From contig JAYGDX010000036.1 of the NCBI GenBank assembly GCA_046582655.1, forward strand, positions 1 through 12,656: a DNA stretch of 12,656 bases. The letters run 5' to 3'. The DNA comes from Candidatus Poribacteria bacterium (GTDB lineage: Bacteria; Poribacteria; WGA-4E; UBA9662). Below are positions 1 through 6,833 of this stretch, piece by piece. Below the pieces are notes generated by a model. It did not search any database. It saw only the letters and a list, made by a program, of their open reading frames with translations, and was not told the origin of the DNA. Numbering within the stretch: position 1 is the first letter of the stretch; every line of letters begins with the position of its first letter. Position numbers and translations under genes: made by a program.

Positions 1-1
1 G

Positions 2-334
2 ACAGGTGTGGGTAGAGAGATCGAATTAGTTTGTAGTGATGGAACTGTTCGCGTCTGCAATGACGGGGAGGCGTTGCAGGTACGTCGCCGAGACACTGTA
101 TCAGGTGCTTTTGATATCGTGCCGGTTGAGCCGAGCCAGCAGTGGAGCGGTACGGTGCATAAAATAGAAGATCTGGTGAAGGCAATCCAAACTGGAAAGC
201 CCGGGCGGAGCAACCTGAAGGTTACGATGATCAGCCAAGAAATAGGGTTCGGTCTCTACGAATCCCATTTAAAAGGTGGAATGGAAGTTGATCCTCCTGT
301 CCCACGTCGAGGTCTTTGGATTTCCAGTTGGTAA
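2..334 (+). CDS. C-terminal part of a probable Gfo/Idh/MocA family oxidoreductase (5' truncated by window edge)
   Basis: Frame is open from base 2 to TAA at 332-334. 'EIELVCSDGTVRV...IEDLVKAIQTGKPGRSNLK...SQEIGFGLYESHLKGG.EVDPP' resembles the typical Gfo/Idh/MocA C-terminus (xxFxxAIxxGxxP...xExxxAxYxSxxxGxxV). The N-terminal Rossmann domain is outside the window. Confidence 0.65.
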   Translation, partial: TGVGREIELVCSDGTVRVCNDGEALQVRRRDTVSGAFDIVPVEPSQQWSGTVHKIEDLVKAIQTGKPGRSNLKVTMISQEIGFGLYESHLKGGMEVDPPVPRRGLWISSW

Positions 335-618
335 ATATCAAGACACTATCACCCAGTAAGCAGCCGATTTAAAGCCAATCCCAAAATGGGAGTTAGGTCC
401 TTGGTCAATACATGGCGCGCGCAAACTTGGACATGGTGTACTCTGGTGTTTTTTCGACAAGGAACATAGGAAATTTGACGTCCCCACGCGGGGCTATTAA
501 CCAACTGGTTTTGAAACTTACGGTTGGTGTCTCGCTTAATCCGAGATGACATGCATGAGATTTTCCCGACGACATTCAATCGTCTTGTACTTGGTAATTT
601 CTTATTCAGGAGATTAAA

Positions 619-1593
619 ATGCGTTCTCTGAAAGTTCTGCTGTTACCTTTAAAAGGGCACTTTCAACCTTGGTGTGATGATGTAATCCAAGCTATAGGGG
701 ATAGCCATCAACTGTCAGTTTTTGACCCTTCAAGACCAATTTCAACTCAATTTGACGGTATTGATGTAGTTATCGATCATGGCGGGAGTGTTGGTACACG
801 ACGGATGATGGATGCGTCTACTAAAGCTAGATTGTGGCAAATCTTGGGTACAGGCTTTGATCATTTCGACTTGGAATACATTCGAGGGTTGAAGATTCCG
901 GTGGCCAATTGTCCTGGACAATTCAGTAGTGCCGCTCTGGCTGAAAGTGCGATGATGTTTATACTGATGCTTGCCCGCCGATATCGACAATCAGCTGCCA
1001 ATTTCAAGTCTGGTGTTTTGTATCAACCGCTTAGTTTTGAATTAGCCAATCAAAGTTTGGGGATTATCGGCTTGGGTGCTAGTGGACAAGAACTGGCACG
1101 TCGTGCCAAAGCGTTTGGAATGAAGATACTGGCTATTGATGCTCGAGCTATAGAATCGCAGATTCTGGTTGAACTTCAGCCGGACTTCATGGGATCTCCC
1201 TCGGATATAGACCGGATAATAAGTGAAGTTGATTTTCTATCGTTGCATCTGCACTTGAACCCGGAAACCCGCCATATCATTGATGCACGCCGCATAGCGT
1301 TGATGAAACCAACAGCTTACCTGATTAACGTTGCGCGTGGCGAATTGGTGGACGAACAAGCATTGTACCAAGCACTGGTCAACGGTAAACTTGGAGGTTC
1401 CGGTTTGGATGCTTTTACTGAAGAGCCACCTAACCCTCAGGCGCCAGTTTTCCAACTGCCAAACGTGGTGGTGACACCCCATGTCGCCGGAGCCACATAC
1501 CAGACTTCTCGTCAACGAGCAGCATGTGCTGCCCAGAACGTGGATCGCATCGCTCAGGACCTGGAACCCTTCTATAGGATAGATAAAAATTAA
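619..1593 (+). CDS. D-isomer-specific 2-hydroxyacid dehydrogenase (NAD-binding)
   Basis: GTGFDHFD and ANCPG in the substrate domain. Rossmann motif GIIGLGASG followed by IDAR (acidic residue suggests NAD preference). Catalytic Arg/Glu/His in INVARG, DAFTEEP and TPHVAG. RBS AGGAG at 608-612. Confidence 0.95.
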   Translation: MRSLKVLLLPLKGHFQPWCDDVIQAIGDSHQLSVFDPSRPISTQFDGIDVVIDHGGSVGTRRMMDASTKARLWQILGTGFDHFDLEYIRGLKIPVANCPGQFSSAALAESAMMFILMLARRYRQSAANFKSGVLYQPLSFELANQSLGIIGLGASGQELARRAKAFGMKILAIDARAIESQILVELQPDFMGSPSDIDRIISEVDFLSLHLHLNPETRHIIDARRIALMKPTAYLINVARGELVDEQALYQALVNGKLGGSGLDAFTEEPPNPQAPVFQLPNVVVTPHVAGATYQTSRQRAACAAQNVDRIAQDLEPFYRIDKN

Positions 1594-1650
1594 ATATTTG
1601 AGACAACCGAACTGTGATAAAATTGGCACGGCAATCTTTGCCAGCAATAA

Positions 1651-1845
1651 AGTAAAATCTTTGATCTGGAAGGTCTCAATTTGGATGAGGTACCGGATTT
1701 GGTAATCCGAAGCGATCCACAGTACTCAGACTGTGGTTATCCTTGGTCAGTTGAGTTGTCAGATAGCCATATTTGGGTTGTTCATTACTACACTTATCTG
1801 GATGGTTATCGTGGAATTTAGGGAACAATCATTGAAGAGGTCTAG
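1651..1845 (+). pseudogene. Remnant C-terminus of a BNR/Asp-box (sialidase-like) beta-propeller gene
   Basis: Frame 1 reads SKIFDLEGLNLDEVPDLVIRSDPQYSDCGYPWSVELSDSHIWVVHYYTYLDGYRGI*GTIIEEV*. This matches the 'xVIRxD...DxGYPxxVELxDGxIxVVYY...GxRxIxGT' last blade of sialidase-family proteins as I recall it. An upstream in-frame TAA (1648-1650) cuts it off, there is no ATG or RBS, and there is an internal TAG at 1819-1821. Confidence 0.7.
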
Positions 1846-1879
1846 AAAGTTATTTCGATCACCCAATAGAAATGAGGTA

Positions 1880-1915
1880 TTGAGTTCTTTAGACTGATAT
1901 TGTTACTATTATAAT
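1880..1915 (+). promoter_or_regulatory. Putative sigma70-type promoter for the aldolase gene
   Basis: TTGAGT (1880-1885), 18 bp, then TACTAT (1904-1909) preceded by TG at 1901-1902 (extended -10). An adjacent perfect TATAAT lies at 1910-1915. RBS AGGAG at 1923-1927. Confidence 0.5.
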
Positions 1916-1931
1916 CAAAGGTAGGAGATAA

Positions 1932-2693
1932 ATGGAAATTAGACCGAATCAAGTCAAACAGAAGCTCGCCACTGGTGAGATTACCTACGTGGTCAGCGGG
2001 TTCACACACTCTGACGATATCGACGCTTTCGGACCTGTCGGATTTGATGGAATATGGTTGGAAGGAGAACATGGGCCTGTCGACGCCGCCGAACTTGGCA
2101 ACCTCACCCGCGCCTGCGATATTTGGGGTATGACCTCAGTTGTTCGTGTCAACCGCAATGACCAGGGACTGATTTACCGAACGCTTGATCGTGGAGCTCA
2201 GGGAATTGTTGTTCCACACGTCAATACCAAAGAAGAAGCCCAAAATCTGGTTGATGGCGGTAAATTCGCCCCGATCGGTTGTCGGGGGATGTTCACCAGC
2301 CGTCAAGGATATGGCGTATCAAACTATTTCGATATCGCCAACAACGAAACACTTTTGATAGCGTTAATTGAAGATATCGTCGCTGTAGGTCACTTAGATC
2401 AGATTCTGACGGTCGATCATATTGATGTATTCTTCGTTGCCCCCTCGGATCTAGCCACTTCAATGGGACACATTGGCAATCTCCAACATCCTGAAGTTCA
2501 GAAAACCATTGATGAGACGCTGGCTCGCATTCAAGATGCCGGGCGGATCCCCGGGACGCTTGCTAACAATGAAAACGTAACCAGATATGCTGAAGCCGGT
2601 GTTCGATTCCTGTTAACAGGAATTGGTGCTTGGCTGGCTGCGGGCGCAGGCGAATTCATCAACCGTGCCGAGGATGGGAACCGATCTAAATGA
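1932..2693 (+). CDS. HpcH/HpaI family class II pyruvate aldolase (2-keto-3-deoxy sugar acid aldolase-like)
   Basis: WLEGEHG (His47), VVRV (Arg72), LDRGAQGIVVPHV, P.G.RG, LIE (Glu147) and FVAPSDL (Asp173) match HpaI/GarL catalytic and metal-binding motifs. Strong RBS. Confidence 0.93.
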   Translation: MEIRPNQVKQKLATGEITYVVSGFTHSDDIDAFGPVGFDGIWLEGEHGPVDAAELGNLTRACDIWGMTSVVRVNRNDQGLIYRTLDRGAQGIVVPHVNTKEEAQNLVDGGKFAPIGCRGMFTSRQGYGVSNYFDIANNETLLIALIEDIVAVGHLDQILTVDHIDVFFVAPSDLATSMGHIGNLQHPEVQKTIDETLARIQDAGRIPGTLANNENVTRYAEAGVRFLLTGIGAWLAAGAGEFINRAEDGNRSK

Positions 2694-2833
2694 TGTATGT
2701 AGAGCAATCTGGTATGCAGTTTCCAATTCGATACTGACTGAGTTTTCTGCAGATGAATTGGACAACAATCATCTAACGAAAATATCAACACTCCTTAGCT
2801 TAGACATTCACCAGGATGGCCCCGTATACTGGC

Positions 2834-4111
2834 TCAGTCGGAGACGAGGTCTTTCTGCGCCCGCTGATGTAAGTTCTGCCATTCCTTAGACCCGTCATTG
2901 AACCAAAGTTCTAAACGAGTGCCTTCTGCTTGAGCAGGGCCATGCCCCGCGTTGAAGTTGCTCAACCCCTGTCCTGCCATGTGTAAGCGTTTACCGTTCG
3001 GATAAACAACCGTATGAATAATTTCTGGTTTAGGATGAATATAGTGTTCATCCTTTTGCTGCAATTCTCTAAGTGTTTCTGATGGGACGCGATACTTTTC
3101 AACCGCTTCTTCATTCACCTCGATTCCCAATCCGGGAGCATCTGGTACTTTGTGTGATCCGTCTGTCACCTCTATTGGCTTCTGCAACAGATGATGGCTG
3201 TAGAGGTTGATACAGGTAATTGCCGGCCAACTAGCATGGGTAAGAACAGCACCGAGATGTGCAGCCCAAGTTGTCGTTAAACCGTTTCCTACCAACTGCA
3301 ACCAGAAAGGCATGTCAGCCTCGGCACTTAGCAATCCTTGTCTCATAACGGTGGATTTTCCTCCTCCGATCACATATCCGTCACAGACCTGATCGCTGAT
3401 GCTAGTCAGGTAAGCCGGAGACCCAAAATGCATGGCGATTGGCCGGTCAATCGCTCGCCGAATCTGTTGGTTACCTGATATGTCTCCTTGTGGTATCGGG
3501 GTTTCAAACATGGCAACGTTATCGTACTGTGTTAATTTCGACATCACCGGGATAGCTGTTTCAGCATTTCGAAAGGATCCGTTTGGATCTAGATCGAGTT
3601 TAAAGTCTATTGGGACGACCTTGACAATCGTGTCGACCTGATTGACAATATCCCACCATGGTCGCGGTTTGTTTTTAAAACTGGTGTAACCGTGTTCCAC
3701 TGCGTCTTTAGCTTCCTTTGCCCAATTTTCAGGAGAAGCGTCAATCGACCACCAAGAAATCGGTGGATAATCGCGAACCTTGGCACCAAGCAACTCATAA
3801 ACAGGAACTTCCAGGATTTTACCAACCACATCAAAAAGCGCCATCTGCAGTCCCGCACCCAAAGAATCATCATTCATCAATTCTGCTGGACTGGATCCTA
3901 AAACCCGGTTGACGCTTTCGTTAGTCACTCTGCCATAGGTGTAGTGGATAACGGTTTCGCCCCAACCTATATGTCCAGTGTCAGTCGTCACCCGACACAG
4001 TTCTAGAATCGACCAATTGTATACGGTGGATACGCTTTGCGTGGTGATTTCTTGCTGTCGTGGCGTAAATGGAACATCAACAACAATACGTTCAATATCA
4101 GTTACTTTCAT
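2834..4111 (-). CDS. Mandelate racemase/muconate lactonizing enzyme (enolase superfamily) protein, probable acid-sugar dehydratase or isomerase
   Basis: N-terminal capping motifs TDTGHIGWGE and ALFDVVGKILEVPVYELLG. Barrel motifs FKNK (K146-x-K148), LDPN (D175) and FETP (E203). C-terminal PDAPGLGIE. RBS AAGGAG upstream of the ATG. Confidence 0.92.
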   Translation of the reverse strand: MKVTDIERIVVDVPFTPRQQEITTQSVSTVYNWSILELCRVTTDTGHIGWGETVIHYTYGRVTNESVNRVLGSSPAELMNDDSLGAGLQMALFDVVGKILEVPVYELLGAKVRDYPPISWWSIDASPENWAKEAKDAVEHGYTSFKNKPRPWWDIVNQVDTIVKVVPIDFKLDLDPNGSFRNAETAIPVMSKLTQYDNVAMFETPIPQGDISGNQQIRRAIDRPIAMHFGSPAYLTSISDQVCDGYVIGGGKSTVMRQGLLSAEADMPFWLQLVGNGLTTTWAAHLGAVLTHASWPAITCINLYSHHLLQKPIEVTDGSHKVPDAPGLGIEVNEEAVEKYRVPSETLRELQQKDEHYIHPKPEIIHTVVYPNGKRLHMAGQGLSNFNAGHGPAQAEGTRLELWFNDGSKEWQNLHQRAQKDLVSD

Positions 4112-4137
4112 TTAAATCTCCTTTTTATTAAAGAATG

Positions 4138-5898
4138 TCAGTCTCGATTCCAAGGGAAGACAAAGGTTGGTTGATTGGCATAGCGCTTCATTTTAACGAC
4201 AATACGTTTTCCAGATCCAGGGGCTAATTGAACATTAAAGCAGGAACTTTTGACTGACAATATCTGACTGTCAGTGGTGACGTCCAGAACCTGGTGTTCT
4301 GCGTACGCACCTCCCTGTACCACAACAGTACGAGACTTAACCGGATTAATGTTAACCAATGTAAGAGTAACCTCATCATCCGTCATTTTCTCAACGAGCG
4401 CGGCAATATCTTCTGGAACCCCTGTCCGTCGATTGTCCGGGTCAAAATAACGGACCCGGCAATGTAGCGGCTCACCATGGCGCGGTTGGATTCCACCTAG
4501 CATCAATTCGACCAACGTCCGAATAGTGGCTGGATTAAATGGCATCGGATCATCCGAGAGTCGGGTGTCTGGAGTAGTTGAATCGTTGTGCATCCCTTCT
4601 ACTCTCTGACGAACAGCGCCGAAATCTCGTTGTAACGCGTCTATGGGATAGTTTGGGTTTTGACCTTCCAGAAAACTGAGCCATCCATCAATGGGCAGAT
4701 ATTTCAAATCATCCCGTTTCATGGACCAGTAATAAACATCTAAAGCTCCATGGCTATAGGGGCTCGGTTTGTAACTGTACCATCCCTGATCCCCATGCAT
4801 ATGCGGATACATGACTTGATTATCTATCGTCTTCTGATTGCTATTAATTGTATCCAGCATATTACGCCAGATATTGACATAGGATTGATCGCCGGTAACA
4901 AGTAAAGCGTTGCCAAAGCCCGCGATACCTCGATGAACTGCATTTCGGTCAGCTAATTTTCCCGTCTGAGGAACAACTACAGTGAAGGCCCAGCCATAGC
5001 AGCCACCATACCATTTGCCTTGACACTCTCCGCCAATCGTACCATCTAAACCAACGTTGGATGGGATAATTCCACCGTTACTGTCAGTTCGCTCTGCCCA
5101 AGCGTCCACATATTCCAGAAGCCATTCCCTATACTTTGATTCACCGGTTAGCATATAGGCGTTAGCAGCCAGACTGGTTGCTGCGAGGTTGAGGGGATGA
5201 TCGCCAACAATATCAGTGTAGTCTTTGAAATGTGCCAGCATTTCATCGAAATTTCGCTCACCATGTTTAGGATCGAAACGTCCTCCAACCTCGATTGGAT
5301 CTCCTGCCCAATCGAGAGCGGTAGCTTTTCGTAATAGTGGTCCCCGACTGCCATTGAACATGCTACGGATTATTTTATGTTCTGGATCATAGTTATCAGC
5401 TTGACTGTCTTCATTCATGTAGAAACCAGCATAGCGCTTTACTCTTCTCTGGAAATTTGGATCATCGGGACCGGATAAACCTTGTAGGTTAAATACGGTC
5501 AATCCCTCAGCGTTATGAAACCAATCAAACATGACCGGGAATTCCTTGTAATACATTCCATTACGGGCAATGGGCACTTCAACTGTTTTGGCCTCAGTAT
5601 ATTGGCGTAAATGTCCTTCCCAGGCTTTCTTATACATATGCAAGATCGTGTCTGACGCACCCAACATATGCAAGATAGGCCACCCGGTTAGGTTCTCAAT
5701 GGCATCATCTGGTCCATCGTTCCCTCCCCAACGCGGTAGACATAATAAATAGCCGCGTTCGTCAAAATATCGACTGTAGAACTCCTGACAAGCCAAAGTT
5801 TGGACTCGAATCAGTTCCCTTTCTAACAGCGCCCAAGATGGAGGAGGTGTTGGAGTATCGATCAGTAAGGTTTTTCCGTTTACTGGCGATTTCTTCAT
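4138..5898 (-). CDS. Uncharacterised ~586-aa cytoplasmic protein, possibly a six-hairpin (alpha/alpha)6 glycosidase/lyase-like fold with a C-terminal beta domain
   Basis: Long ORF with no signal peptide or TM segment. Trp/Tyr/Asp-rich, with repeated helix-hairpin motifs AYMLTGESKY and ALLVTGDQSY and an acidic motif WGGNDGPDDAIEN. The start is placed at ATG 5898 (AGGGA about 8 nt upstream) rather than TTG 5904. Its stop is 26 bp from the enolase start. The CDS is confident; the fold is inference. Confidence 0.8.
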   Translation of the reverse strand: MKKSPVNGKTLLIDTPTPPPSWALLERELIRVQTLACQEFYSRYFDERGYLLCLPRWGGNDGPDDAIENLTGWPILHMLGASDTILHMYKKAWEGHLRQYTEAKTVEVPIARNGMYYKEFPVMFDWFHNAEGLTVFNLQGLSGPDDPNFQRRVKRYAGFYMNEDSQADNYDPEHKIIRSMFNGSRGPLLRKATALDWAGDPIEVGGRFDPKHGERNFDEMLAHFKDYTDIVGDHPLNLAATSLAANAYMLTGESKYREWLLEYVDAWAERTDSNGGIIPSNVGLDGTIGGECQGKWYGGCYGWAFTVVVPQTGKLADRNAVHRGIAGFGNALLVTGDQSYVNIWRNMLDTINSNQKTIDNQVMYPHMHGDQGWYSYKPSPYSHGALDVYYWSMKRDDLKYLPIDGWLSFLEGQNPNYPIDALQRDFGAVRQRVEGMHNDSTTPDTRLSDDPMPFNPATIRTLVELMLGGIQPRHGEPLHCRVRYFDPDNRRTGVPEDIAALVEKMTDDEVTLTLVNINPVKSRTVVVQGGAYAEHQVLDVTTDSQILSVKSSCFNVQLAPGSGKRIVVKMKRYANQPTFVFPWNRD

Positions 5899-5910
5899 TA
5901 TCAATTCCCT

Positions 5911-5938
5911 AATTGGTTTGTACTAATTGGTACTAAAT
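5911..5938. promoter_or_regulatory. Putative GntR/FadR-type operator (overlapping imperfect inverted repeats)
   Basis: AATTGGT-ttgt-ACTAATT (5911-5928, 1 mismatch) overlaps AATTGGT-ACTAAAT (5925-5938). It resembles the PdhR/FadR-type AATTGGT-N-ACCAATT box and lies between the - strand promoter and the start codon. Confidence 0.4.
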
Positions 5939-5959
5939 CACATTCAGCGCAGGTGACCG

Positions 5960-5988
5960 ATTATAACAGAGTCAATTTTAAGAATCTA
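5960..5988 (-). promoter_or_regulatory. Putative extended -10 promoter for the hypothetical-enolase operon
   Basis: The minus strand reads TG-T-TATAAT (5968-5960), a perfect extended -10, with a weak -35 TAGATT (5988-5983) at 17-bp spacing. Confidence 0.55.
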
Positions 5989-6063
5989 TCATATACTCAT
6001 CTTAGCTTTTGAAGGCGATTGAACACGACTGTAAATCATCAAGAAACATGACATAGAAATAGG

Positions 6064-6092
6064 TTGCCAATCAAGATCAGGTATGTTATTTT
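6064..6092 (+). promoter_or_regulatory. Putative sigma70 promoter for the exonuclease gene
   Basis: TTGCCA (6064-6069), 17 bp, then TATTTT (6087-6092) with TG at 6084-6085. This supports ATG 6136 rather than TTG 6064 as the start codon. Confidence 0.5.
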
Positions 6093-6135
6093 CGAGATTA
6101 GGACAGTGCCGCAAACGCGTATCCTTGAGAACTTG

Positions 6136-6804
6136 ATGAAAATTGTCGTTATCGATACCGAAACAATACGCTGGTCAGAGGAAGTTCCGGGTAGGTGGGC
6201 CAATGTCGAGTCTTTTGGCTTGACTATACTTGTCATTGGCATACCAAATAACGATTCTCTAGAGTTTCAGGTTTGTTCTCCCAATTATGCTGATCATCTA
6301 AGCCGCTTACAGCTTCAATTTTCAGATCGCGAAACAATTGAAACAACGCTGAACGAAGCCGAACGGATTGTTTCGTTTAATGCTGACAATTTTGATTTCC
6401 GCATTCTGGAGAGTGCACAATTCGATGTACAACAATGGAAAGGGAAATCGTTTGATATCCTTACACAGTTCACACGAAAAGCGGGACATCGGATTAACCT
6501 AGAAAATCTAGCAAAAACACAATTCGGCGGCTCCAAAACATTTATTACAGCGCAACAAGCTGTTGAATTTTGGCGTGCGGGACTCGAACTGATGCGAGGG
6601 TGGTCTGGGAAAAATGCCGACAAACAATACAGTGACATCTTCTGCCGTAACGTCGCAAAACATCTTTTTCAGAAAGTGATTGAATACTGCAAACAGGATG
6701 TAAGGTTAACTTATCAGCTATATCAGCACATTTTGGAAAATCAGAGTCTCAGTTATACTGACCAACGGTCAGATACAAAGAAGATAGTAAAACTAGTTGG
6801 ATAG
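6136..6804 (+). CDS. DEDD(y) 3'-5' exonuclease, ribonuclease H-like domain (YprB/RNase_H_2-like)
   Basis: ExoI VIDTET right at the N-terminus (MKIVVIDTET), ExoII VSFNADNFD, the segment SFDIL...GHRINLENLAK, and ExoIII YCKQDV.LTY.LY. Confidence 0.85.
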   Translation: MKIVVIDTETIRWSEEVPGRWANVESFGLTILVIGIPNNDSLEFQVCSPNYADHLSRLQLQFSDRETIETTLNEAERIVSFNADNFDFRILESAQFDVQQWKGKSFDILTQFTRKAGHRINLENLAKTQFGGSKTFITAQQAVEFWRAGLELMRGWSGKNADKQYSDIFCRNVAKHLFQKVIEYCKQDVRLTYQLYQHILENQSLSYTDQRSDTKKIVKLVG

Positions 6805-6833
6805 CTGCCATCATCCATGGTAAGAGGAACAAA

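Noticed and set aside
469..566. Cloverleaf-like fold considered as a tRNA or c-di-GMP riboswitch
   Set aside because: The 7-nt loop CTTAATC lacks the TTCRA T-loop consensus, arm lengths do not fit a tRNA, there is no proper acceptor stem or CCA, and the GEMM consensus is not matched. Kept only as a generic structured-RNA candidate.
349..579. 76-aa minus-strand ORF in the first intergenic region
   Set aside because: No recognisable motif or RBS, and it runs antisense between two + strand genes. It is probably a chance ORF.
1624..1643. GGCAA-tct-TTGCC hairpin after the dehydrogenase as a terminator
   Set aside because: The stem is short and has no downstream U-tract, so support is insufficient.
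2531..2889. ORFs 2531-2791 (-) and 2623-2889 (+) spanning the aldolase/enolase convergence
   Set aside because: Both overlap confident genes and show no family motif. The AAGGAG on the minus strand abuts the GTG and is too close to act as an RBS.
6064..6135. 24-codon N-terminal extension of the exonuclease from TTG 6064
   Set aside because: The TTG is part of a well-spaced -35 box, and the ExoI motif normally lies within a few residues of the N-terminus, so ATG 6136 is preferred.
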